From assembly GCA_016206805.1 (NCBI GenBank), contig JACQQX010000054.1, positions 3,743-67,742 of the forward strand: DNA of 64,000 nucleotides, read 5' to 3'. This stretch comes from Candidatus Omnitrophota bacterium. Lineage in GTDB: Bacteria > Omnitrophota > Gorgyraeia > 2-02-FULL-51-18. A program made the position numbers and the translations under genes. The notes under the pieces were generated by a model. That model was not told where the DNA came from, did not search any database, and was given only the letters and a program-made list of their open reading frames with translations. Of the stretch, positions 46,515 to 55,316 are shown one piece after another. The first letter of the stretch is position 1. Every line of letters starts with the position of its first letter.

Positions 46515-47908
46515 TCAGTTTTACCACCAGGCAAGTCCGTCAATAGGATGCCTTTTGCCAGTAACTTTTGACGAATTTTATCTGCCAGTTTAAAATTTTT
46601 ATTCCTTTTCGCTTCATCTCGTTGATAAATACCCTCTTCAATTTCTTGTTTAAGCTCCTTATCCACCACTCTCAGCTTTGCCGGATCCATATCCAAGCAA
46701 AGAACTTTCTCAAAAAATAAACGAATTTTTCTGGCCGTGTCCAGAAAGAGATCCGCCTGTTTATGCTGGATAAGTCTGGCATATGCCAAATCAATCATGT
46801 TATGAAAAACAGCTAAAACCTGCGGGGTATTAAAATCATTGTCCATTGCTCTTTCAATATCTGAGCCAAATGAAACCAACTCCGTTTTTGTTTTACTGGT
46901 CAATTGGGAGGCTTTATCAAAAAAATTCAAAAAACGCTCTCTAATGGCCCGCGCCATTTGCATCTTCTCTTCCGAGTAATCTAACGGCATAGAATAATGA
47001 GTGAGCAAGAAAAGCATCTTTAGATCTTCAATTGCATGAGGGTTTTTATCTTCAAGCGTTTTTAGCGTTATAAAGTTTTTTAATGATTTGGACATTTTCT
47101 GGCCATTGACGGTAATCAGTCCGTGATGGACCCAGTAGCTGACCGGATTTGTACCCGTTAACCCTTCAAATTGCGCTATCTCATTTTCATGATGCGGGAA
47201 GATTAAATCCAAACCGCCGCCGTGAATATCAAAAACGTCCCCAAGATATTTTTGGCTCATCGCTGAACATTCAATATGCCAGCCAGGCCGTCCTTTACTC
47301 CAAGGACTTTCCCAAAAGGGCTCTCCCTCTTTGGATTTTTTCCAAAGAGCGAAATCCAGAGGATTCCGTTTCTTTTCATTCTTTTCAATACGGACATTTT
47401 TTAGGATGGCATCCGTATCCTGATGGGACAATTTACCGTACCCGGGAAATTTTTTGACATCATAATAGACATCGCCATCGCTGAGATAAGCGATATTCCT
47501 GTCAATCAGTCCTGATATAAACTTTATCATATCGGGAATGTGCTTGGTTGCCCAGGGCTCATGATCAGGGTCTCTAATACCAAATTTGATTAAATTCTCG
47601 TGATAAAGACTATAAAATCTGGTGGAAACATTTTTTGTTTCTAGGCTGAGATCTCCGTTGGACGATCGTGCTTTCTCAATAATTTTGTCATCAATATCAG
47701 TCACATTTCGAACAAATGTAACTTCATATTTATGACTGCTCTTCGCCAGATAGTTGCGCATTACTTCAAAAACATAGACGGATCGAAGATGACCAATATG
47801 AGGTTCGTCATAAACGGTAGGCCCGCAAACATACATCCGAACCTGCCCTTTTTTTAGAGGCTCAAATACTTCCTTTTGACGTTTAAGAGAATTATAGATT
47901 TCAAGCAT
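46499..47908 (-). CDS. cysS: cysteine--tRNA ligase
   Basis: 469 aa. CGPTVYDEPHIGH and KMSKSLKN motifs. The start ATG shares one base with the brnA-2 TAA stop (TAATG). Confidence 0.95.
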   Translation of the reverse strand: MLEIYNSLKRQKEVFEPLKKGQVRMYVCGPTVYDEPHIGHLRSVYVFEVMRNYLAKSSHKYEVTFVRNVTDIDDKIIEKARSSNGDLSLETKNVSTRFYSLYHENLIKFGIRDPDHEPWATKHIPDMIKFISGLIDRNIAYLSDGDVYYDVKKFPGYGKLSHQDTDAILKNVRIEKNEKKRNPLDFALWKKSKEGEPFWESPWSKGRPGWHIECSAMSQKYLGDVFDIHGGGLDLIFPHHENEIAQFEGLTGTNPVSYWVHHGLITVNGQKMSKSLKNFITLKTLEDKNPHAIEDLKMLFLLTHYSMPLDYSEEKMQMARAIRERFLNFFDKASQLTSKTKTELVSFGSDIERAMDNDFNTPQVLAVFHNMIDLAYARLIQHKQADLFLDTARKIRLFFEKVLCLDMDPAKLRVVDKELKQEIEEGIYQRDEAKRNKNFKLADKIRQKLLAKGILLTDLPGGKTEWRKL

Positions 47909-48180
47909 TATGCGGCAATAGCGTGTGAGACATATTTATGAATAATGCTGGCCACAAGCGTCTGATAGGGAATACCCTCTTCAGCGGCCCTGACTTTGAT
48001 TCGATTCAAATCGGCTTTTGAAATACGGATGTTCATTCTCTGATCCTTTTTAAGCGTGTTTCTGGCAATAACAGCGTAATGTGCCAATTCCCGCTTAGTT
48101 GGCTTAACCGCTTTCCATTCCCCCTGCTCAATAGAGTCAAGAATATCCTGCTCTTCTTTATCCAGTTTATACTTCTTCAT
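47908..48180 (-). CDS. brnA: BrnA-type antitoxin, pair 2
   Basis: 90 aa. MNIRISKADLNRIKVRAAEEGIPYQTLVASIIHKYV. Paralog of 6641..6895. Confidence 0.75.
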   Translation of the reverse strand: MKKYKLDKEEQDILDSIEQGEWKAVKPTKRELAHYAVIARNTLKKDQRMNIRISKADLNRIKVRAAEEGIPYQTLVASIIHKYVSHAIAA

Positions 48181-48454
48181 CGTTTCCTCCCAATAAATAC
48201 TGTTTTGTCAGTTTGCGGCTCGGTATAATTGTTTTCAAAAAAATCTTTTGCTCATTTTCCACAAAAGGGACGACATAAACGTACTCGTTGATAACAAGAA
48301 TGAACTGTTTTTGATGCTGGTAACGCCCCTTTCCCGGAACTATCTTTAAAATTGACCCTTCTCCCAAAGCTGTTACAACAGCCTCAAAAGAGATTCCTCT
48401 TTCCAAAATGAGCTTCTGATTTTTTGCCTGATCCCACTCGTAGAGTTTATCCAC
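48167..48454 (-). CDS. brnT: BrnT-type (DUF497-like) toxin, pair 2
   Basis: 95 aa. YEWDQAKNQKLILERGISFE...VYVVPFVENEQKIFLKTIIPSRKLTKQYL. GTG start. Paralog of 6892..7152. Confidence 0.7.
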   Translation of the reverse strand: MDKLYEWDQAKNQKLILERGISFEAVVTALGEGSILKIVPGKGRYQHQKQFILVINEYVYVVPFVENEQKIFLKTIIPSRKLTKQYLLGGNDEEV

Positions 48455-48489
48455 TAGTCAAGATTACCTTAATGTGTGCCTTTTGTCAA
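48455..48489 (-). promoter_or_regulatory. candidate sigma70-type promoter of brnTA-2 (near-leaderless geometry)
   Basis: Minus strand reads TTGACA (48489..48484), 17 nt, TAATCT (48466..48461), 6 nt, GTG start (48454). Confidence 0.45.
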
Positions 48490-48590
48490 TACATCTAGGC
48501 GGATAAGAATAGGGGGGCGATTCCCGCGCGGGGGGAATCGTGCGTCCGCCAGGCGGATACCCCACCGGAGCTCACTTGCGCCAGGATGTC

Positions 48591-49316
48591 TTAGTGGGAT
48601 TTCTTGTGAGGAGGGTTTCCATCGAAATCTTTGAGTTCGTTTTCGATTTTGTCGATTTCGTGCTGGAGTTTTTCAAGCGCTTGAGTGAGGGGGTCCGGCA
48701 GCGTCGTGTAGTCGAGATTGATGCCATGCGGCAGCTTGCGGCCTTGCCGGCTGGCGATACGACCCGGCACGCCCACCACCGTCGAGTTGGCGGGAACATC
48801 ACGCAAAACAACAGCATTGGCGCCCACACTGACATTGTCACCGATATGGATATTGCCTAAAATCTTGGCGCCGGTGCCGATAACAACATTGTCGCCGAGC
48901 GTAGGATGCCGCTTACCCTTTTCTTTACCGGTGCCGCCCAACGTTACCCCTTGAAAAAGCGTCACATTGTCGCCGATAACGCTTGTTTCGCCGATCACCA
49001 CTCCCATGCCATGATCGATAAAAAAACGCTTGCCGATGACAGCGCCCGGGTGGATTTCAATGCCGGTGATCCAGCGGGCCGACTGGGAAATAAAGCGCGC
49101 CAGAAAAAAGAAACGGGCCTTATGCACCGCGTGGGCGATGCGGTAATAAAAAAGCGCGTGTAGTCCCGGATAGGTGAGAATCACGCTGATCTCTCCGGCC
49201 GCCGCCGGATCACGCTCCATCACCGCTTTGACATCATCATTGAAAAAAATCTTATAAATTACGACTTTTGCCGCGATTAGCGAAACAATGACAAGTATCA
49301 GGATAAGAAAAATCAA
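48591..49316 (-). CDS. cysE: serine O-acetyltransferase
   Basis: ERDPAA...[14 protein letters not shown] plus hexapeptide repeats ([25 protein letters not shown]). The only upstream start is a TTG at 49316, giving a hydrophobic N-terminal 19 aa. The start is uncertain. Confidence 0.88.
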   Translation of the reverse strand: MIFLILILVIVSLIAAKVVIYKIFFNDDVKAVMERDPAAAGEISVILTYPGLHALFYYRIAHAVHKARFFFLARFISQSARWITGIEIHPGAVIGKRFFIDHGMGVVIGETSVIGDNVTLFQGVTLGGTGKEKGKRHPTLGDNVVIGTGAKILGNIHIGDNVSVGANAVVLRDVPANSTVVGVPGRIASRQGRKLPHGINLDYTTLPDPLTQALEKLQHEIDKIENELKDFDGNPPHKKSH

Positions 49317-49333
49317 GTCAGATTCCTCCGGTT

Positions 49334-49469
49334 AAATCCGAAGCGCGAATATCGAAATCCGAAACAAATTCAAATTTTTCAAATTTCAATTTTATAAACA
49401 TCTTGTTTGATTTTTTGGTCATTCTAATTTCTAATTTGTTTCGTGCTTCGCGCTTCGGATTTCGTGCTT
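49334..49469. repeat. Family R3 136-bp element, copy b
   Basis: AAATCCGAAGCGCGAATATCGAAATCCGAAACAAATTC...TAATTTGTTTCGTGCTTCGCGCTTCGGATTTCGTGCTT. It contains the last 15 codons and the stop of ispF. Confidence 0.85.
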
Positions 49470-49936
49470 TTTTCTATAAGCGCTGTCGCCCAGCAGGCGA
49501 TCGCGTCGCCTTTGCCGATAGCGCCAAAGCCTTCGTTGGTTTTTGCCTTGATCCCGATCCGATCCAAAGCGATGCCGAAGTCCCGCGCGATATTTTTTTT
49601 CATCGCTTCCCGGTAAGGCCCCATCTTGGGCAATTCCGCCAAAATAACCGCGTCCACATTGGCGACCGACCAGCCCTTTCTCTTCAAAAGCGCTTTTGTT
49701 TTAGAGGCAAAAAGCGCGCTGCCGGCGTTCTTGAAAGCGGGGTCCGTGTCAGAAAAGTGCGCGCCGATATCCCCCTCACCCATGGCGCCCAAAAGCGCGT
49801 CCACCAACGCGTGATAAAGCGCGTCCGCGTCCGAATGCCCGGCAAGCCCCTTGTTGAAAGGGATGGCGACACCTCCCAGCACCAGCTTACGCCCTTTTTT
49901 CAGGGCGTGAATGTCATACCCGATTCCGGTGCGCAT
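49424..49936 (-). CDS. ispF: 2-C-methyl-D-erythritol 2,4-cyclodiphosphate synthase
   Basis: MRTGIGYDIHAL...GHSDADALYHAL...GDIG. I prefer the ATG at 49936 (the track ORF starts at 49960). The C-terminal tail ...STKSEARSTKQIRN is encoded by repeat R3b. Confidence 0.9.
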   Translation of the reverse strand: MRTGIGYDIHALKKGRKLVLGGVAIPFNKGLAGHSDADALYHALVDALLGAMGEGDIGAHFSDTDPAFKNAGSALFASKTKALLKRKGWSVANVDAVILAELPKMGPYREAMKKNIARDFGIALDRIGIKAKTNEGFGAIGKGDAIACWATALIEKSTKSEARSTKQIRN

Positions 49937-50603
49937 AAAATTGATAAAGGTCGACGTCATCGGGTGTTGTGATTTTCAAATTTTGTTTTTCCCCTTCCAC
50001 CAGCTTCACGCGAACACCGGATCCTTCAAAAAGCCCGGCTTCATCGGTGGCCAAAAACGCTTTCTTGCCCAAACGGCGATAAGCCTGACGCAAAAGATCT
50101 TTCCGGAATACCTGCGGCGTTTGGGCCAAAAAAAGCCGCTCCCGCTTAACGGTTCTCCGGACGTACTCATTTTTGGCGTCGGCTTCTTTTACCGTCGCCG
50201 CGACAGGCTCCACGGGAATAGCCGCGCCCGTTTCGCGAACGCCATCCAAAAGTCTTTTACAAAGAGCGGGACTCACCAGCGGCCGCGCCGCGTCGTGCAC
50301 CAGCACCCATTCGGAAGAGGGCGCTGTTTCCAAAAAAGCGTTTCGGACCGATTCGGCGCGGGTCTTGCCCCCCGCCACAACTTTTACTTTGGCGATTTTT
50401 TCGCCATCCACCAGCTGAATGATTTCCCGCAAATGACGCGCGGGCGCGGCGATAACAATGTCCAAAAACGCGTGGCAGCGCTTTAACCGCGCCAGGGTGT
50501 GCAATAAAAGCGGCTTGCCGTCGATCTCGAATAAAGCTTTTGATCCTTTGGCCTTCAAACGCCGTCCCAGCCCCGCTGCCGGAACAATGGCCGACACCTT
50601 CAT
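49914..50603 (-). CDS. ispD: 2-C-methyl-D-erythritol 4-phosphate cytidylyltransferase
   Basis: MKVSAIVPAAGLGRRL...HDAARP. I prefer the ATG at 50603, 1 nt after the upstream stop. The track ORF starts at 50630. Confidence 0.9.
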   Translation of the reverse strand: MKVSAIVPAAGLGRRLKAKGSKALFEIDGKPLLLHTLARLKRCHAFLDIVIAAPARHLREIIQLVDGEKIAKVKVVAGGKTRAESVRNAFLETAPSSEWVLVHDAARPLVSPALCKRLLDGVRETGAAIPVEPVAATVKEADAKNEYVRRTVKRERLFLAQTPQVFRKDLLRQAYRRLGKKAFLATDEAGLFEGSGVRVKLVEGEKQNLKITTPDDVDLYQFYAHRNRV

Positions 50604-50604
50604 T

Positions 50605-51609
50605 TCAACGAGAACTCGGTAACTTTCCAAAAATCATCCGCCCGGCCGCGGTTTGCAAGACAGATGTCACTACAATTCTCTGAAGCGTTCCAAGCGATCT
50701 GCGGCCATTTTCCACCACCACCATCGTGCCGTCATCCAGATACCCGATGGCCTGATTGGGCTCTTTGCCCTCTTTAACCAGTTTCACATCCAGTGTTTCA
50801 TTGGGAAGAATAATGGGTTTCAGCGCGTTGGCCAGATCATTGATGTTGAGAATAGTCACGCCTTGAAACTCGGCCACTTTATTCAAATTAAAGTCATTGG
50901 TCAAAACCTTAGCGCCCACCACTTTCGCGAGTTTAACGAGCTTTTCGTCCACCGTCAGCGACTCCGCAAAATCTTTTTCATCGATTTTCAAATTCACATG
51001 CGATAGCTTCTTCAGCTTATTCAAAATATCCAGGCCCCGTCGTCCGCGCGCGCGCTTCAGGGCATCCTGGGAATCCGCCACCTGCTGAAGCTCCTTCAAA
51101 ATGAAACGCGGAATCATGAACCGGCCTTCAACGAACTTCGTCTGGCAAATATCCAGAATCCGGCCGTCGATGATGACGCTGGTGTCCAAAAGAAAAATCT
51201 CATCGCGCTGGTCCTGCCGCTCAAATTTGACATAGGGGATGATGACATTGAATTCATCGCGGCCGCGCATGGAAAAAATCACGCCAAAATAGCAGAGAAT
51301 AAGAACCAAAACCAATTTGAGCGCCGAACCGAAAGTTTGATCCAGGTCCGGGATCAAATCGATGGCCTGAATCAAAAAACGGGAGACAATCAGCGCGAGG
51401 ATCAAGCCAAACACAGCGGCTGAAAGGCCGCGCAAGGAAAGCTTTCCCGCGCCCCGCTCAATCAAGACGATGATCAGCGCCACAACTGCGCCGGCGCCAA
51501 TACCAAAAAGCCCCCAGCCGCTGCCAAAACCCTCATATGCAGAACCCAGCTGGAACCCGACCACCATACTAATTAAAACAAATAGAATCCTGATGAAACC
51601 AAATGTCAT
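50605..51609 (-). CDS. yacL: membrane-anchored PIN/TRAM domain protein (YacL-like)
   Basis: 334 aa. Four N-terminal TM helices, a PIN domain (LLDTSVIIDGRI), and a C-terminal TRAM-like beta domain. Sits upstream of ispD-ispF, as B. subtilis yacL does. Confidence 0.8.
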   Translation of the reverse strand: MTFGFIRILFVLISMVVGFQLGSAYEGFGSGWGLFGIGAGAVVALIIVLIERGAGKLSLRGLSAAVFGLILALIVSRFLIQAIDLIPDLDQTFGSALKLVLVLILCYFGVIFSMRGRDEFNVIIPYVKFERQDQRDEIFLLDTSVIIDGRILDICQTKFVEGRFMIPRFILKELQQVADSQDALKRARGRRGLDILNKLKKLSHVNLKIDEKDFAESLTVDEKLVKLAKVVGAKVLTNDFNLNKVAEFQGVTILNINDLANALKPIILPNETLDVKLVKEGKEPNQAIGYLDDGTMVVVENGRRSLGTLQRIVVTSVLQTAAGRMIFGKLPSSR

Positions 51610-51613
51610 TATC

Positions 51614-52348
51614 CTATCCCTTCTTCAGCAGCTTCCAGGGGTTGGCCTTGATGTCCTCGGTGAACGCTTCCAAATTCTCGGCGATTTTTTTGTTCTTCAA
51701 CAAATGGCCGATCGTGCCTTCCCCCTCCCGCAGGCGGGCTAAAATGACGCGCGCCGAAGCGGCGGCTTCCTTTAAGTCCGCCATCATTTCAGAAAACTGA
51801 AGCGCGGCCTTATCGGCATGAGTGAACGTGCCCTTTAAAGAGGCTTTAAACTCAGGGTCCGACACCACCTCACCGATATTGTCGACGGCAAATTCGATTT
51901 TACTGATCAATCGCGTGCCGCTCGTCGTCAAGTCATCCAGCGCGATGGATTCCTTCCCAAAAAGCGTTCCGCCCACCGGAATGGTTTTGGCGCCGCCGAC
52001 ACCTGGGATGATTTCAATATATTTTTCTCCCAATAAACCCAGGCTATTGATCCGCACTTCCGAATCTTCCTCGATGTACATGCCTTCGACGATCCGCGCA
52101 TAAACCTCCGCCTGGGTCTTTCCCTCAGCCCCACGAACCACACGGATCTCCTTCACCTCGCCAATGTCCACGCCGGCCAACCGGATCGGAGAACCTTTGG
52201 TGACGCCGCTGATCGTGCTGAAAATAAAACGCACCGTGTATCCCGGCTTCAGGTAAAAATCACCGGCTTTGAAAATAAGGAACAATAAAACACCGATAGC
52301 CGTGACCACAAAAATGCCTACTTTCAGTTCGAGCCCGGCCTTCCTCAT
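51614..52348 (-). CDS. mlaD: MCE-domain protein MlaD-like
   Basis: 244 aa. N-terminal TM segment and an MCE domain (GSPIRLAGVDIGEVKEI). Confidence 0.8.
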   Translation of the reverse strand: MRKAGLELKVGIFVVTAIGVLLFLIFKAGDFYLKPGYTVRFIFSTISGVTKGSPIRLAGVDIGEVKEIRVVRGAEGKTQAEVYARIVEGMYIEEDSEVRINSLGLLGEKYIEIIPGVGGAKTIPVGGTLFGKESIALDDLTTSGTRLISKIEFAVDNIGEVVSDPEFKASLKGTFTHADKAALQFSEMMADLKEAAASARVILARLREGEGTIGHLLKNKKIAENLEAFTEDIKANPWKLLKKG

Positions 52349-53124
52349 TCGCTGGAACCTCCTTTTAGTGATTTAAAATTAACATCCGTGATCGGTCCCG
52401 CCGCGGACCCCGTGATGAACTGCCTGACGACGGGGTCTTGTGAATGCCGGATCTGGTCCGGCGTCCCCACCTGTATGATCTGTCCCTGATACATCATCGC
52501 GATGCGCGTGGCGATTTTATAAGCGCTCACCATGTCATGCGTCACCACCACCGAAGTCACCTTCAGCTTATCATGCATTTCAATAATCAGGTCATTGATC
52601 GCGTCCGCCATAATGGGGTCCAGTCCCGTCGTGGGCTCATCATACAACAAAATCTCGGGCCTCATGCAAATAGCCCGCGCCAGCGCTACCCGCTTTTTCA
52701 TGCCGCCGGAAAGCTCGGACGGCTTCAAATCCTGGATGCCTTTGAGTCCCACCAGCTCCAGCGCCTCCTCCACACGGTCATGGATCGCCCCTTCACTCAA
52801 ATCCGTATGCTCAATCAAATTGAAACCGACATTCTCTCCCACCGTCATCGAATCAAAAAGAGCCGCCGCCTGAAAAAGCATCCCGAAGCGCATGCGCAAC
52901 CGGTTGATTTCTTTAATCGAAAGCCCCGCCACATTCACGCCATCGACGACGATCTGTCCCTCATCCGGACGCATCAAACCGATCATGTGTTTCAAAAACA
53001 CGCTCTTCCCGCATCCGGACCGTCCGATGATGACCAGCGTCTCACCCTTACTGATCCGCAAGCTCAAACGATTCAGCACCCGCCGGCCGTTAAATGTTTT
53101 GGTGACTTGAATCGCTTCGATCAT
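52345..53124 (-). CDS. mlaF: ABC transporter ATP-binding protein MlaF-like
   Basis: 259 aa. Walker A GRSGCGKS, signature LSGGMKKR, Walker B LLYDEPT. Confidence 0.88.
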   Translation of the reverse strand: MIEAIQVTKTFNGRRVLNRLSLRISKGETLVIIGRSGCGKSVFLKHMIGLMRPDEGQIVVDGVNVAGLSIKEINRLRMRFGMLFQAAALFDSMTVGENVGFNLIEHTDLSEGAIHDRVEEALELVGLKGIQDLKPSELSGGMKKRVALARAICMRPEILLYDEPTTGLDPIMADAINDLIIEMHDKLKVTSVVVTHDMVSAYKIATRIAMMYQGQIIQVGTPDQIRHSQDPVVRQFITGSAAGPITDVNFKSLKGGSSE

Positions 53125-53137
53125 CCGACACTTCTTT

Positions 53138-53974
53138 TCATGAAATAAAATAAAAAATCATCGTAAAGATGGCGTCCGACACGATGATCAGGATGAACGA
53201 CAGCACCACGGCCTGAGTGGTCGCTTTGCCAACCCCCTCAGCGCCGCCTTCCACGCGCATTCCCTCAAAACAGGAAATAATGCAAATCACGCAAGCGAAG
53301 ACCAGGGACTTGAAAAGCCCGGTAAAGATATCCTTGAGAACCAGCGGGTCAAAAGACATTTTGAAATACATCGCATGGGTGAGACCCAGCTTATAAACAG
53401 AAACGAGATATCCCCCCATGATGCCGACAAAATCGGCGTAAATGGTCAAAAGCGGCAGCATGGTGAAAAGCGCGATAAAACGCGGCGTGACAAGGTATTT
53501 GACGGGATTGGCGGCCAGCGTTTCCAAGGCGTCGATCTGCTCGGTAACTTTCATGCTGCCCAGTTCCGCGGCGATCGAAGCCCCGACGCGGCCGGCAACC
53601 ACCAGCGCCGTCAACACCGGACCGATTTCGCGGGTCATGGAGATGGAAACAAGGCTTGGGATGTACATTTCGGCGTTTACTTTTTGCATCTGATAAGCGC
53701 TTTGAAACGCCAGCACGATACCGATGAAAAAGCTGGTCAGTGTGGCGATTGGGAGAGAATCAACGCCGATTCTGACCATCTGTTCGTAAATCTGTTTGGG
53801 CCGGAAAGGCGGCACGGCGATCCAAAAAAGAGTTTGAAAAAAGAGGCAAAAAGCGCCGCCGGAAAACTCGACAAAACCCACCGCGGATTGCCCCAGCTTT
53901 TCAATGAAAAGCCTCAATCGCCCCTCCTTTGTTGAAATGAGCTCAAAACTGAAGCTTACGTTCCACTCCCACAA
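53138..53974 (-). CDS. mlaE: ABC transporter permease MlaE-like
   Basis: 278 aa polytopic permease with an MlaE-type sequence (REIGPVLTALVVAGRVGASIAAELGSMKVTEQIDAL). Confidence 0.88.
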   Translation of the reverse strand: MWEWNVSFSFELISTKEGRLRLFIEKLGQSAVGFVEFSGGAFCLFFQTLFWIAVPPFRPKQIYEQMVRIGVDSLPIATLTSFFIGIVLAFQSAYQMQKVNAEMYIPSLVSISMTREIGPVLTALVVAGRVGASIAAELGSMKVTEQIDALETLAANPVKYLVTPRFIALFTMLPLLTIYADFVGIMGGYLVSVYKLGLTHAMYFKMSFDPLVLKDIFTGLFKSLVFACVICIISCFEGMRVEGGAEGVGKATTQAVVLSFILIIVSDAIFTMIFYFIS

Positions 53975-55316
53975 AACGTTCTTCTTCTCTCAGCCCCAAC
54001 TTGACCGAATCTTTGGAGCGAAGACGGAACTCAAAACCCACTTCCATCTTTTCGGCGTCCGGCTCAACCACTTCTTCTTCAACGTTGAAACGCCGGAACT
54101 GCAGCTTGGCTTTTTCTCCCAGTGACCGCTCCATGAGAAACTCAGGGTTCTCACGGATATCCGCGGGACGACGAAATTCCCAATTTCCCCAAACCACCGT
54201 GTCCTGCTCCGCCTGGCTGATCAAGGACTCCAAAACACCCGACTGAAAAAGAGTCGAGAGCTCAACCGGCTTATTGGCCAGCCGCATCACTGAACCGTCT
54301 TCCAGCAAAATCCTCGAGTCCGTCACCATCAGCGTCGGGTAAATTCCGATAAGATTGACGCTAATCGCTTTAAAATTTTTGGCCTTCAGCCAGCCGTCTA
54401 TCATGTGAAAGCGAATTTCGGTGTTCGGCGTATCGGGGTTTCCATGAATGTCGATAAAAATATCCACCCGGCCCGGCGCCGCGCCCTCACCTATGGCGCC
54501 CCCCATCAGAAAATCAAAATCCGACAAGGGAATATCTTTGCCGTTTAACTTCAGCCGGATTTGATTCCCGGCTTGAAAATCCACAACTCCCTCCAGATCC
54601 AGATGATTCATCAGCCGAGCGGTGATCTGGCCGGCATCATGCGACAACTCAAACTGCGCGCTGGATTCATAAACAGCCGGCTTCCAGTTGATCACCGTGC
54701 CTTCGGTCGCCATCCGGCCGGTGATCACCTCTTCCTGGGTCAGCGGCATAAACTCAAAACGGCCTTCCAGCTTCACGGTCGTGGATAAATCCATGCCCAA
54801 CAGCTCCACATGGCGCACGGGAACTTCGATTTCAAAAGCGCTGTCCTGGTACATCATCGCCACGCCGGTGATCTTGTCACCACCCGGCAAATGCACGGTC
54901 ATATTGTCCACCCGCACCGAAATTTGTTCTTTCTGAGACAGCGCCCACTCCCGTACCCAGCCAAAAATAGGAAAACGACTGCGCCGGTTAAGCCCTGTCG
55001 GCGGGCTCCAATAAACTTCCGGATCCTGGATGACAACGCTGAATTGGGAAGCGAAGGATTTGGATAAGAAATCAAGAAATCGGTACTGGAAACGCACACT
55101 CTTCGCCGAGAACAACCCTTCCACCCGGACGTCCTCAAACTCCACATGGCCAAAAAGATGGCCATGGGCACTGCCGATCTGGACGTCCAACCCCGTCTGG
55201 GCGCTCAAAAAAGACTCCAGAAAATCCGTCGCGCGAAAAATCAGCGATTCTTTTTTAGCGTTAAGAAAGAGCGATGCCGCCGCTGCCAGCGCAACGATTA
55301 AAAAGAAACGTCTCAC
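53943..55316 (-). CDS. hypothetical secreted beta-rich protein (possibly AsmA/TamB-like)
   Basis: 457 aa. GTG start directly after the clpC stop. Signal/anchor MRRFFLIVALAAAASLFL and a C-terminus ...VGVERKLQF. No motif that I can assign with confidence. Confidence 0.6.
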   Translation of the reverse strand: MRRFFLIVALAAAASLFLNAKKESLIFRATDFLESFLSAQTGLDVQIGSAHGHLFGHVEFEDVRVEGLFSAKSVRFQYRFLDFLSKSFASQFSVVIQDPEVYWSPPTGLNRRSRFPIFGWVREWALSQKEQISVRVDNMTVHLPGGDKITGVAMMYQDSAFEIEVPVRHVELLGMDLSTTVKLEGRFEFMPLTQEEVITGRMATEGTVINWKPAVYESSAQFELSHDAGQITARLMNHLDLEGVVDFQAGNQIRLKLNGKDIPLSDFDFLMGGAIGEGAAPGRVDIFIDIHGNPDTPNTEIRFHMIDGWLKAKNFKAISVNLIGIYPTLMVTDSRILLEDGSVMRLANKPVELSTLFQSGVLESLISQAEQDTVVWGNWEFRRPADIRENPEFLMERSLGEKAKLQFRRFNVEEEVVEPDAEKMEVGFEFRLRSKDSVKLGLREEERFVGVERKLQF

